Source: Paragordius varius
Taxonomy: Eukaryota > Animalia > Nematomorpha
Direction: 5' to 3'
Assembly (NCBI GenBank): GCA_964247055.1
Contig: OZ176059.1
Location: 3,224,001-3,288,000 of the forward strand
DNA length: 64,000 nt
In this document: positions 48,751 to 63,149 of the stretch, one piece after another
Layout: each line of letters begins with the position of its first letter
How positions within the stretch are numbered: the stretch's first letter is position 1
Notes under the pieces: model-generated
What the model was told of the DNA's origin: nothing
Databases searched by the model: none
Seen by the model: the letters and a program-made list of their open reading frames with translations, nothing else
Position numbers and translations under genes: made by a program

Positions 48751-51700
48751 AATAATATAATTAACAATTTCAATTTCTAGATTATTTCCTTTTACTTATT
48801 TTTTTTCGAGTTTTATAATTTGAAATTCCTATTTCTTGTTCTCATTCAAACAAGAAGCCTGATAAATATTTATTAAAAAATCTCTTACTCTCTTTCTCTT
48901 AAAATACTTGAGTAATGTAGTATATACTCGTTTTTATATTGTTAAGCTTTTAAGTAAAAGAGTATTAAGAAAAAAATGTTTATTTTAGAAAATAATATTT
49001 TTATTAAAATTAACAATTTCAATTTCATTGTTACCTTTTACTTATTTTTTTAGAGTTTTTGTCTTGAAATACTTGAGTAATGTAGTATATACTAGTTGTT
49101 TGAAAGCTTTTAAAATACAGATATATCCAGAAAAAAAGTGTTTAGTTTTAGAGAATAAATAATATTAATTTTATTATAATTAACAATTTCAATTTTTAGA
49201 TTGTTTCCTTTTACATATTTTATTTCGAGTTTTTACTTGAAATTTCTATTTTCGCCCTTACTCGAACAAAGAAAGTTAGATTAATATTTAAGATTAAAAA
49301 ACCTTGTTTCTAAAATTTTTGAGTAATGTAGTATATACTCACTTTAATATTAAGAAGCTTTTAAGTAAAAGAGATTTATCAAGAAAAAAGTGTTTATTTT
49401 AAAGAATATTCAATTTTAATTTCTATTTTGTTTCCTTTTACTTATTTTTTTCGAGTTTTTACTTGAAATTTTAAAAGGGATCCACAGGAATAGTTGAGAT
49501 TCAAAAAACCTGTTTTAAATACTTGAGTAATGAAGTATATACTCGCTGTAATATTAAAAAGCTTTTAAGTAAAAGAAAATTTATAAAAAAAAATTTTTAT
49601 TTAAAGAATAATATTATTATTATTATTAATTCCAATTTCTAGATTATTTCCTTTTACTTGTTTTTTTCGAGTTTTTTTTGAATATCTATTTGAATAAGAG
49701 TCTTTGCTTTTAAAATACTTGAGTAGTATATACTCGCTGTAATATTAAGAAGCTTTTAAGTAAAAGAGATTTATCAATAAAAAAGTGTGTTGTTTTAGAG
49801 AATAATAATTTTATTAAAATTTTAATTTCTAGATTATTTCTTTTTACTTATTTTTTTCGAGTTTTTCATTTGAAATTTTTATTTTTCGTTCTCAAACAAG
49901 TAAGCCAAATGAATATTTAGGATTTTGAGTAATTTAGAATATACTCGCTGTAATAAGAAGCTTTTAAGTAAAAGAGACTTATTATAATTATTATGAAATA
50001 TTTCAGAGAATAATATTTTTATTATCAATTTCAATTTCTAGATTATTTCCTTTTACTTATTTTTTTCGAGTTTTATAATTTGAAATTTTCATTTTTCGCC
50101 CTCACTCGAGCAAGGAAGCCACAGAAATAATTGAAATTCAAAAAACCTTCTTTTAAAATACTTGAGTAATGTAGTATATACTCGCTGTAATATAAAGAAC
50201 CTTTTAAGTAAAAGAGATTTATCTAGAAAAAAAGTTTTTTGTTTCAGAGAACAAATAATATTATTATTATTATAATTAACAATTTCAATTTCTAGATTAT
50301 TTCCTTTTACTTATTTTTTTCAAGTTTACTTGAAATTTCTATCTAAAGAGATTTATAAAGAAAAAAGTGTTTTGTTTTAGATATTAATAATATATTATTA
50401 TTATAATTGACAATTTTAATTTCTAGATTATTTCCTTTTACTTAATTTTTTGAATTTTTTAAAAAATTTTATTCTCGTTCTTACTCGTAATTGAAATTTA
50501 AAAACCTTGCTTTTAAAGTACTTGAGTAATGTAGTATATATTCGCTGTAATATTGAAAGCCTTAAAAAGAGATTTATTAAGAAAAAAAGTGTTTTTTATA
50601 GATAATAATATTATTTTTATTAACAATTTCAATTTCTAGATTATTTCCTTTTACTTATTTTATACGAGTTTTATAATTTGAAATTTCTATCTATAGAGAT
50701 TTATCAAGAAAAAATGTGTTTTGTTTTAAAGAATATTATTTTTTTCCGAATCTTTGTCTTAAAATACTTGAGTAATTAAGTATATACTCGCTGTAATATT
50801 GATAAGCTTTTAAGTAAAAGAGATATATCAAGAAAAAAAGTATTTTGTTTCAGAGAAAAATATTTTTATTTAAATTAACAAATTCAACATCTAAATTATT
50901 CCTTTTATTTCTTTTTTATTTTCCAGTTTTAATTTTGAAATATAATTTGTGATTACTATCTAAAGAGAATTTCTAAAGAAAAAAAGTGTTTAGTTTTAGA
51001 GAATAAATAATATTATTATTAAAATTAACATATTAAATTTCTAGATTCTTTTCTTTTAGTACTTTTTTTTCGAATTTTTGTCTTATTTGAGTAATTAAGT
51101 AAATACTCGCTGTAATATTAATAAGCTTTTAAGTAAAAGAGTTTTATAGAAAATTTTCTTATAGAAAATAATATTATTATTATATTTATTATCAATTTCA
51201 ATTTCTAGATTATTTCCTTTTACTTATTTTTTTCGAGTTTTTTTTGAATTTCTATTAGAATAAAAGTCTTTGTTTTAGATAATTCTTCTTGAGTAATGTA
51301 GTATATACTCGCTGTAATATTAAGAAGCTTTTAAGTAAAAGAGAATTATTAAGAAGAAAAGTGATTTGTTTTAGAGAAAATATTATATTTATTATGAATT
51401 TCAATTTCTAGTGTTTCCTTTTACTTTTTTATTTAAAAAGTTTTTCTTTTGGAATTTCAAAGGATATCCACAAGAATATTTTAAATATAAAAATTTCTTT
51501 CTCTTAAAATACTTGAGTAATGTAGTATATACTCGTTGAAATATAAGAAGCTTTTAAGTAACAGAGATTTATCAAGAAAAAAAGTGTTTTGTTTTAGAGA
51601 ACTAATAATATTATTATTATTATAATTAACAATTTCAATTTCTAGATTATTTCCTTTTACTTATTTTTAAGTTTTTACATTTAATATTTTTATTTCTCAC

Positions 51701-52905
51701 TCTAGCTCGAACAAGGAAACTATATGAATATTTAGGATTAAAAAACCTTTTGCTTTTTCTCTTAAAATATTTGAGTAATTTAGTATATACTCGTTGAAAC
51801 ATTGATTATCAATTTTAATTAGATTCTTTCCTTTTACTACTTTTCGAATTATGTCTTAAAATACTTGAGTAATGTAGTATATACTCGCTTTAATATTATG
51901 AAGCTTTTAAAGTTTATCAAGAAAAAAAGGGTGTTGTTTTAGAGAATAATATTATTTTTATTATAAATTTCAATTACTAGATTATTTCCTTTTACTCAAT
52001 TTTTTCGAGTTTTTGTTTTAAAATACTTGATTAATGTAGTATATACTCGCTTTAATATTGTTAAGCTTTTAAGTAAAAGAGATTTATCAAGAAAAAACTT
52101 TATTTAAAGAATAATATTATTTTTATTAACAATTTCAATTTCTAGATTATTTCCTTTTACTTATTTTTTTATTTTCGAGTTTTTTACTTGAATTTCTATT
52201 AGAATAAAAGTTTGTTTTTAAAATACTTGAGTAATTAAGTATATACTCGCTGTAATATTGTTAAGCTTTTAAGTAAAAGAAAATTTATAAAAAAAAACTT
52301 TATTTAAAGAATAATATTATATTTTCAATTTCTAGATTGTTTCCCTTTACTTGTTTTTTATTTTTTGAGTTTTTATTTGAAATTTTTATTTCTAGCTCTC
52401 ACTCAAACAAGGAAGCCACAAGAATATTTAGGATTAAAAAACCTTTTTTTTTCTTTTAAAATACTTGAGTAATTAAGTATATACTCGCTGTAATATTAAC
52501 AAGCTTTAACTAAAAGAGATTTATTAAGAAAAAAGTATGTTGTTTAAAGAATAATATTATTAATATTATTAACAATTTTAATTTCTAGATTATTTCCTTT
52601 TACTTATTTTTTTCGAGTTTTAAATTTTCATTTCGAATTTCATAAGAAATCCATAGGAATATTTTAGATTCAAAAAACCTTTTTCTTAAAAATCTTGAGT
52701 AATGTAGTATATACTCGCTTTAATATTAGGAACCTTTAAGTAAAAGAGATTTTTCAAGAAAAAAATGTTTATTAACAATTTCAATTAGATTATTATAAAT
52801 TTTAATTAAATTATTTCCTTTTACTTATTTTTTTCGAGTTTTTCATTTTAAATTTTTATCCTATAGAGATTTATTAAAAAAAACTGTTTTGTTTTAGAAC
52901 CAACA

Positions 52906-53484
52906 CAGTGAAAACTGTGAATTTATACGGACAAAATGTAAAAATATATTTTTATTTCAATAGACAACCATACTTTTTATTTTTCCTCAAAAACATTTGA
53001 TTACAATGTAAAAATCATATTTTAATATATTTTTATAAAATAAAAATCTAACTGAAAAAATTTTATATACCATTACAAATCAAATTTACCCTTAAACAAT
53101 TCAAATTCACCCTCAAAAATAAAATATATGCTTTTAAAAATCCTATATTTTTTTATTTTTATAAATAAAAATTTTGTTTTAAAATAATACTTGATTTATA
53201 AATCATTAGAATTCAAATTCACCCTTGAACAATTCAAATTCACCCTTGAATATAAAATATATGTTTTTTCAAAAGATAAAAAATTACCTATATATTTAAT
53301 AAATTTTTATAAAAAATAAAAATTTTGTTTAAAATAAAAATAATAAACTATGCGCCATAAAGATATATTTTATATAAAATTAATGAGTTATATTTGTTTC
53401 TAAAACACATAATTTCTTTTTAGGGTAAATTTTAATTTCTTTTTAGGGTGAATTTGAATTGTCCAAGGGTGAATAACTGTAAAT

Positions 53485-53547
<63 letters not shown>

Positions 53548-53631
53548 TAAAAGTATGGTTGTCTTTTAGATAAAAATAATTTGTCTTTATATTTTTACGT
53601 TTTTTTTTCCGTAGAATTTAAATTTTTACTG
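52906..53631. mobile_element. MITE-like element copy 2, with inner element (~53067-53488)
   Basis: Same TIRs as copy 1 (CAGTGAAAACTG...TTTTTACTG|TA); the left flank is CA instead of TA. Confidence 0.75.
53487..53542. repeat. (TA)28 microsatellite at the right end of the inner element
   Basis: Directly follows GTAAATGG. Confidence 0.95.
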
Positions 53632-54858
53632 TATATTATCAACAATTTCTAGATTATTCCTTTTACTTATTTATTTCGAGTTTTTACTTAAAATTTTCAT
53701 TTTTTAATATACTTAAGCAAAGAAACCACAGCAATATTTTAGATTAAAAAAACCCTTTTCTATTAAAATACTTGATTAATGTAGTATATACTCGCTGTAA
53801 TATAAAGAGGCTTTTAAGTAAAAGAAAGATTTATAAAGAAAAAAGTCTTTATATTAGAGAATAATATTATATTTATTATCAATTTCAATTTCTAGATTTG
53901 TTTGCTTTTTATTAATTTTTTCAAGTTTTATAATTTGAAATTTTAATTTCAGAGGAAACCCACAGGAATATTTTAGAATTGAAAAAAAACCTTTTTTAAA
54001 ATACTTGATTAATTAATATACTCGCTGTAATATAGATTTTATTATTATTATTATTATTATTATCAATTTATAATTAAATTCTTTCCTCTTACTACTTTAT
54101 TTCGAATCTTTGTCTTAAAATACTTGAGTAATGTAGTATATACTCGCTGTAATATATGAAGCCTTTAAGTAAAACAGAATTATCAAGAAAAAAGTGTTTT
54201 GTTTTTTAAAATAATATTATATTTATTATTAATTTCAATTTCTAGACTTATCCTTTTACTTAATTTTTTCACGTTTTATTGAATTTTTATTAGAATAAAA
54301 GTCTTTGTTTTAAAACACTTGAGTAATGTAGTATATATATACTCGCTGTAATATGTTAAGCTTTTAAGTAAAAGAAAATTTATAAAAAAAACTTGATTTA
54401 AAAGAATAATAATATTATTTTTATAATTAACAATTTCAATTTCTAGATTATTTACTTTTTTTATTTTTTTCAAGTTTTTACTTGAAATTTCTATTAGAAT
54501 AAAAGTCTTTGTTTTAAAGAACTTGAGTAATGTAGTATATACTCGCTGTAATATTAAGGAGCTTTTAAGTAAAAGAGAATTTATAAAGAAAAAAAGTGTT
54601 TAATTTAGAGAATAATATTATTTTTATAATAAACTATTCTAGATTGTTTCCTTTTACTCAATTTTTCGAGTTTTTAAAAATTTTTATTTACAGAGATTTA
54701 TAAAAAAAAGTGTTTATTAACAATTTCAATTAGATTATTATAAATTTTAATTAGATTGTTTCCTTTTACTCAATTTTTTTCGAGTTTTATAATTTTTGAA
54801 ATTTCTATCTATAGAGATTTATTAAGAAAAAAAAGTGTTTTGTTTTAGAAAACCAATA

Positions 54859-55137
54859 CAGTGAAAACTGTGAATTTATACGGACAAAATGTAAAAATAT
54901 ATTTTTTTTGATCAAAAGACAACCATACTTTTTTAATTTCTTTTGAAAAAACATTTTATTAAAATGTAAAATATTGATTGATTTACCAATAAAAATTTCT
55001 TATAATACTTTGTAGTTTTTAACAATGAGTTATATTCATAAAAATTAAAATTATAAAAGTATGGTTGTCTTTTAGATAAAAAATATTTGTTTTTATATTT
55101 TTACGTTTTTTTTTCCGTAGAATTTAAATTTTTACTG
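54859..55137. mobile_element. MITE-like element copy 3, short, lacking the inner inverted-repeat element
   Basis: Both TIRs are intact (TA|CAGTGAAAACTG...AAAAGACAACCATACTTT and AAAGTATGGTTGTCTTTT...TTTTTACTG|TA); 279 bp; no AATTCAAATTCACCC repeats. Confidence 0.8.
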
Positions 55138-56638
55138 TATATCAATAATTTCAATTAGATTGTTTCCTTTTACTTATTTTTTTCGAGTTTTTTATTTGAA
55201 ATTATAATTTCTCGTTCTAACTCTAACAAGAAAGCCACAGGAATAATTTAGATTTAAAAAAAAATTTGCTTTTTCCAATATTTGAGTAATTAAATTAATA
55301 CATACTCGCTTTAATATAAGGAAGCTTTTAAGTAAAAGCGATTTATTAAAAAAAGTCTTTATTTTAAAGAATAATATTATTATCAATTTAAATAGATTTC
55401 GAGTTTTTCATTTAAAATTTTCAATTCTCGTTCTCACTCGAACAAGGATGGTAAATGAATATTTAGAATTAAAAAAACCTTGTTTTTAAAATACTTGAGT
55501 AATGTAGTATATACTCGCTGTAATATTAAGAAGCTTTTAAGTAAATGGGATTTATAAAAAAAGTGCTTATTTTAGAGAATAATATTATCGATTATTTCAA
55601 TTTCTAGATTATTTACTTTATTTTTTTCGATTAAAATTTTTATTTTTTACCCTCACTCGAGCAAGGAATCCACAGGAATATTTTAGATTTAAAAACCTAT
55701 CTTTTTTTAAAAAAACTTGATTAATGTAGTATATACTCGCTGTAATATTGATTATATAATTATTATTATTATTAATTTCAATTTCTATATTTTTCCTTTT
55801 ACTTATTATTTTCGATCTTTCTTTCTCCTTAAATACTTGAGTAATGTAGTAAATACTCGCTGTAATATTGATAAGCTTTTAGAGCAAAAAAAGTGATTTA
55901 TTAAGAAAAAAAGTGTTTATTATAGATATTAATATTATATTTATTATCAATTTCAATTTCTAGATTGTTTCCTTTTACTTATTTTTTTCGAGTTTTAAAA
56001 TTGAAATTTCTAAGGGAATCCACAGAAATATTTTAGATTAAATACCTATTTCTTTCTCTTAAAATACTTCAGTAATGTAGTATATACTCGCTGTAATATT
56101 AAGAAGCTTTTAAGTAAAAGAAAATTTATAAAAAAATACTTTATTTAAAGAATAATATTATATTTATTATCAATTTTAATTTCTAGATTGTTTTCTTTTA
56201 CTTATTTTTTTCAAGTTTTTACTTAAATTACTATTTCTCGCTTTAAATCAAGCATAAGCCACAGGAATATTTTAGATTAAAAAACCTTGCTAAAATACTT
56301 GAGTAATTAAGTTTATACTCGCTGTAATATTAAGAAGCTTTTAAGTAAAAGAAAATTTATAAAAAAAAAGTGTTTTATTTTAGAGAATAATATTATTTTT
56401 ATTATTATAAATTTAAATAATTCCTTTTATTTTTTTCGAGTTTTGTAATTTGAAATTTCTATCTAAAGACATTTATCCAGAAAAAAGCGTTTAATTCAGA
56501 CATTAATAATATTTTTATAATTATCAATTTCGATTTCTAGATTGTTTCCTTTAACTCAATTTTTTCGAGTTTTATAATTTGAAATTTCTATCTATAGAGA
56601 TTTATCAAGAAAAAAAGTGTTTTGTTTTAGAACCAATA

Positions 56639-57415
56639 CAGTGAAAAGTGTGAATTTATACGGACAAAATGTAAAAATATATTTTTTTTCAAAAAACAAC
56701 CATACTTTTTATTTTTCCATAAAAACATTTAATTACAATGTAAAATACATATTTAATTGAATTACCAGTAAAAATTTCTATATACTTGATTTATATACCA
56801 TTACAATTCAAATTTACCCTTAAACAATTCAAATTCCAAAAAAATTTATGTGTGATTTTAAAATAAAAAATTACCTATATTTTAATATTTTTAAAAAATA
56901 AAAATTTCTATATATACTTGATTTATATACCATTACAATTCAAATTCACCCTTGAACATTTCAAATTCACCCTCAAATAAAAAATATGTTTTTTAAGATA
57001 AAAAATTACCTATATTATAATATATATTTTTAAAAATAAAAATTTTATATCCTTAATTTATATATTCACTCTCGAATTCAAATTCACCCTCAAATATAAA
57101 ATATAGGGTTTTTTAAGATAAAAAATTACCTATATTTTAATATATTTTTAAAAAATAAAAAATAATGTTTTAAATAAAAATTAAAAACTATGCCATACAG
57201 ATATATTTTATATAAAATTAATAAGTTATATTTGTTTCTAAAACATCATAATTTATCTTTTTAGGGTAAATTTTAATAGTTCAAGGGTGAATTTGAACTG
57301 TAAATGGTATATATATATAAAATTAAAAATTTTAAAAAGTATGGTTGTCTCTTTTAAATAAAAATATTTGTTTTTATATTTTTACGTTTTGTACGTAGAA
57401 TTTAAATTTTTACTG
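56639..57415. mobile_element. MITE-like element copy 4, with inner element (~56795-57309)
   Basis: TA|CAGTGAAAAGTG ... TTTTTACTG|TA; inner ends TATACCATTACAATTC and GAACTGTAAATGGTA. Confidence 0.75.
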
Positions 57416-58209
57416 TATAGTATTAAAAATTTTATTAATTAAATTGTTTCCTTTTACTCAATTTTTTCGAGTTTTTACTTGAAATTTTCTTTCTCGTTCT
57501 CACTCAAACAAGGTAGCCAGATGAATATTTTAGATTCAAAAAACCTTTCTCTATTAAAATACTTGAGTAATGTAGTATATACTCGCTGTAATATTGTTAA
57601 GCTTTTTAGTTAAAGAAATTTATTAAAAAAGTGTTTTGTTTTAGAGAATAATATTTTTATTAAAATTAACAATTTCAATTTCTAGATTGTTTCCTTTTAC
57701 TTATTTTTTTCGAGTTTTTACTTGAAATTTTCATTTCTAGTTCTCACTCGAGCAAGGAAGCCACAGGAATTTTTTAGAGTTGAAAAAAACCTTTCTTTTT
57801 CTTTATATACTGAAATTAAGTTTATACTCGCTGTAATATAAATAAACTTTTAGAGGCAAAAAAAGATTTATTAAGAAAATGTTTATTAACAATTTCAATT
57901 AGATTATTATAAATTTTAATTAGATTGTTTCATTTTACTTATTTTTTTCAAAAATTATATTTTGAAATTTCTATCTGAATTAAAGTCTTTGTCTTAAAAT
58001 ACTTGAGTAATTAAGTATATACTCGCTGTAATATTAAGAAGCTTTTAAGTAAAAGAAATTTATTCAGAAAAAAAGTTTTTATAGAGAATAATATTACTTT
58101 TATTATCAATTTCAATTTCTAAATTGTTTCCTTTTACTTATTTTTTCGAGTTTTTATTTGAAATTACTATTTCTCATTCGTAGCCAGTTGAATATTTTAG
58201 ATTAAAAAA

Positions 58210-60120
58210 CCTCTTTGTTTTAGATAAATTCTTCTTTTAAATTTAAAAGATAAATGAATATTTTTGAAAGAAGTTTTTCGTTTAACAAGAATTGATTTTA
58301 GTTTCAGTTCCAGTAAAAAAAATCTTTTTATTAATCATTTAAAATTTCATAATTTTTAAAATAATTATTTATTTTTAAAAAAAATCATTAATTTAACAAG
58401 AAATGAATTGAATTTTCTAGAATATTTCTATGTTTTAGATAATTCTTCTTTTAAATTTAAAAAATGAAATATTTTTTGAGAATTTGTAAGATTTCATATT
58501 AACTATTATTTGGTAATTTTTCCAGTCAAAAAAAATTTTTTTATTTTTGAGTTTTATAAATATCTTCTTAAAGATGGAATTTATTTTTGAAATTTTGTAT
58601 TTTTGTAAAATATCTATTATTTTGGTAATTTTTCAGTCAAAAAAACTTTTTTATTAATAAATCAAAATTTTTTGCATTTAAAAAAGCTTTTTTAAAAGAA
58701 AAAATTTATTATTTTCAAAGAAATGATTTTATTTTCTAGAGTATTTTTTTTTAAATAATTCTTCTTTTAAATTTAAAAGATGGAATAAATATTTTTGAAA
58801 ATTTGTTAGATTTCATATTAGCTATTATTTGGTAATTTTCATCAATCAAAAAAAAAACCTTTTTATTAATAAATCAAAACTTTTTATTTTTGGATTTTTT
58901 TAAAAATTTATTCATTTAACAAGAAAGATTTTAGTTTTAAATAATTCTTTGTTTTTTATAATTCTTCTTAAATTTAAAAAATGGAATAATTATTTTTGAA
59001 AATTATGAAATTTTTTAATTAAACAAGAATTGATTTTGATTTATAAATTTTTGCATTTTATAAATAATTCTTCTTAAAGATGGAATGAATATTTTTGAAA
59101 ATTTGTGAAATTTCATAATAACTATTATTTAGTAATTTTCAGAAATCAAAAAAAACTTTTTATTTAAAAATCAAAGCATTTTGCATTTAAAAGAGCATTT
59201 TTAAAAAAATTTATTCATTTAACAAGAAATGATTTAAGTTTTTGAGAACTCTTTGTTTTAGATAATTCTTCTTTTAAATTTAAAAGATGGAATTTATTTT
59301 TTAAAATTTGTGAGATTTTATATTAGCTATTATTTAGTAATTTTCCATTTCACTTAAAGAAACTTTATTTTTGAAAAAATAATTTATTTAACAAGAAATG
59401 ATTTAATTTTCAAGTCTTTTTCTTTCATTAATGCTCTTAAAGCAAAAAAAAGCCTTTAAAAAAAATTAAAAAAAGTTCAAACAAGTATTTTTTTTAAAAT
59501 TTTAATATTTTTAGTTTTTAAGATTTTAAAAGTTTTCAATAATCAAATCGAATCACAATAAGCTTTTTAAACTAAACTTAAAGGTATGTTTTATATAAAT
59601 TCTTTGGAAAATAAAAATTCCAACAATTTTATTCAAGATATTCTTAAAACATTAAAACGTATGATTTATATAAATTATATATAAAAATTATTTTCAAATT
59701 TCCAACAATTATAATCAAGATTTTTTTAAAAAACGTATGATTTTTTTAGATTTGTATTTTGATTTTTTTTAAATATCCAACAATTATAATCAAAAATATT
59801 TTCTTAAAACATTTTAAAATCTTATGATTTTTCTAGTTTAATGATTTGTAACTTTTTTAAAAATATTCCAACAATCTATATCAAGATTTTCTTAAAACAT
59901 TTTATAATTTTTCTAGTTTTATATTTTAAATTTTTTTTCCAAATTACAACATTTCGAAAACGTATAATTTTTATAGTTTTATATTTTATAACTTTTTTTT
60001 TAAATTTCCAACAATTATAATCAAGATTTTCTTAAAACATTTTGAAAATGTATGATTTTTCTAAATTTATATTTTAAAACTTTTTTTTAAAAAAAGCTAT
60101 AAAAAAACATTGCATATAAT
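58210..60120 (+). repeat. X-Y module interrupting the satellite (copy 2, expanded)
   Basis: Same X subrepeats and Y marker as 47560-48750, then tandem TTCCAACAATTATAATCAAGATTTTCTTAAAACATTTT subrepeats. Confidence 0.7.
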
Positions 60121-63100
60121 AATAATAAAAGCTTTTAAGCAAAAGAGATTTATTAAGAAAAAAGTGTGTTGTTTTAGAGAATAATATTTTTATTAAAATT
60201 AACAATTTCAATTTCTAGATTATTTCCTTTTACTTATTTTTTTCGAGTTTTTTTGAATTTCTAGAAGAATAAAAGTCTTTGTATTTAAAATACTTGAGTA
60301 ATGTAGTATATACTCGCTGTAATATTAAAAAGCTTTTAAGTAAAAGCGATTTATTAAAAAAAAGTTTTTATTTTAAAGAATAATATTATTATTATCAACA
60401 ATTTTAATTAGATTTCCTTTTATTTCTTTTTCTTAAGTTTTTTTTTTGAATTTTTTTATTTGAATTTTCAATTCTTGTTCTCACTCAAGCAAAGAAAGTC
60501 AGATGAATATATTAGATCTAAAAACCTTTTTCTTTTAAAATACTTGAATTAAGTATATACTCGCTTTAATATTGTTAAGCTTTTAAGTAAAAGAGAGATT
60601 TATCCAAAAAAAAGCGTTTTGTTTTAAAGAATAATATTATTATTATTATAATTGACAATTTCGATTTCCAGATAATTTACTTTTACTTTTTAATTCTAAA
60701 AGTTTTTCTTTTGGAATTTCTTTAAAATTGAAAAAAAATGATTTTAAAATACTTGAGTAATTAAGTTTATACTCGCTGTAATAATAATAAGCTTTTAAGT
60801 AAAAGAGATTTATCAAGAAAAAAGTCTTTATTTTATAATATTATATTTATTATCAATTTCAATTTCTATATTGTTTCCTTTTACTTCTACTTTACTATTT
60901 TTTTCGATTTTTTTTTGAATTTCTAATAGAATAAAAGTCTTTGTTATTAAAATACTTGAGTAATTAAGTTTATACTCGCTGTAGTATTAATATGCTTTTG
61001 AGAAAAAGCGATTTATTAAGAAAAAAAGTGTTATTATAGATAATAATATTATTTTTATTATAAAATTGTTTCCTTTTACTTATTTTTTTTTACTTTTTTT
61101 TTATTTTCGAGTTTTTACTTGAAATTTTCATCTACAGAGATTTATTAAGAAGTGTTTATTTTATAGACTAATAATATCTATTATTATCAATTTCAATTTC
61201 TAGATTATTCCTTTTATCTAATTTTATTTTAGAGTTTTTCATTTTTTTATTTCTCGCTTTAACTCGAACAAAGAAGCCACAAGAATAATTGAAAATTTGC
61301 TTTTACTTGAGTAATTAAGTAGATACTCGCTGTAATATATATAAACTTTTAAATAAAAGGGATTTTAAGTTTGTTTTAGATAATAAAATTACTTTTATAA
61401 ATTTTAATTTCTACTATTTTTATTATTTTTCGATTTAATATTTTAATTTTTCAGATAAAAATTCATGATTCAAAAACCTTTTCCTTTTTCTCTTAAAATA
61501 CTTAAGTAATGTATGTAATATTGAAAGAAAATTTATAAAAAAAAGTGTTTTGTTTTAGAGAATAATATTATTTTTATTAACAATTTTATTAGATTATTTC
61601 CTTTTTTATTTTCGAGTTTTATAATTTGAAATTTCTCTCTAAGGAGATTTATTAAAAAAGGTGTTTTAGAGAACAAATAATATTATTATTATTATAATTA
61701 ACAATTTCAATTTCTATATTGTTTTTTACTTATTATTTTCGAGTTTTTACTTGAAATTTATATATCTTGTTCTCACTCGTAATTGAAATTCAAAAAACCT
61801 TGCTCTTAAAATACTTGAGTAATTAAGTTTATACTCGCTGTAATATATAAGCTCTTAAGTAAAAGAGATTTATAAAGAAAAAAGGTGTTTTGTTTTAGAG
61901 AATAATATTATTATTATCAATTTCAATTTCTATATTATTTCCTTTTATTTCTTTTTCAAGTTTTTACTTTAAATTTTCATTTCTCGTTCTAACTCGAGCA
62001 AGGTAGCCTTAGATTTAAAAAATCTTGCTTTTAAAGAACTTAAGTAATTAAGTTTATACTCGCTGTAACATTTATTTTTTTATTATCAATTTTAATTAGA
62101 TTCTTTCCTTTTACTACTTTTTTTCGAATTATGTCTTAAAATACTTGAGTATTTTAGTATATACTCGCTGTAATATTAAGAAGCTTTTAAGTAAAAGAGA
62201 TTTATAAAAAAAAATCTGTATTTTAAAGAATAATATTATTATTATTTTCAATTATAATTTCTAGATTATTTCCTTTTATTTGTTTTTTATTTCGAGTTTT
62301 ATAATTTTAATATATTCGTTCTCACTCGAGCAAGGAAAGTCAGATGTATATTTAGATTAAAAAACCTTGCTTTTTATATACTTGAGTAATGTAGTATATA
62401 TTCGCTTTAATATAAATAAGCTTTTAGAGGCAAAAAAAGGTTTATCAAGAAAAAAGTGTTTATTTTTGAAAATAAATATATTATATCATCAATTTCAATT
62501 TTAATTTCTAGATTATTTCCTTTTACTTATTTTCGAGTTTTGAAATTTGAAATTTCTATCTATAGAGATTTATCAAGAAAAAAGTGTGTTGTTTTAGAGA
62601 AATATTTATTTTTTATTATTTCAATTTAAATTTCTAGATTATTTCCTTTTACTTATTTTTTCGAGTTTTTATTTGAAATTTGAAACCAAATGAATATTTA
62701 GGATTCAAAAATCCTTTCTCTATTAAAATACTTGAGTAATGTAGAATATACTCGCTGTAATATTAAGAAGCTTTTAAGTAAAAGAGAGATTTATAAAGAA
62801 AAAAAATGTTTTTTATAGATAATAATAATTTTATTTATTATCAATTTTAATTTCTAGATTATTTCTTTTTTTTTTCGAGTTTTTCATTTGAAATTAAATT
62901 TTAAACGAAATCCACAGGAATATTTTTTTAAAAACATCTTTCTGTCTTTGTCGCTTAAAATACTTGATTAATTAAGTATATACTCGCTTTAATATTAAGA
63001 AGCTTTTAAGTAAAAGAGATTTATTAAGAAAAAAGTGTTTTGTTTTGGATAATAATATTATTTTTATTATTATTATTATAAATTTTAATTAGATTGTTTC

Positions 63101-63149
63101 CTTTTACTTATTTTTTCAAGTTTTTTATTTAAAATTTTCATTTTTTATT

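Noticed and set aside
39603-55386. ORFs in the foldback and satellite as transposase or other genes
   Set aside because: Short translations of tandem subrepeats with non-ATG starts and no DDE or other recognisable motif.
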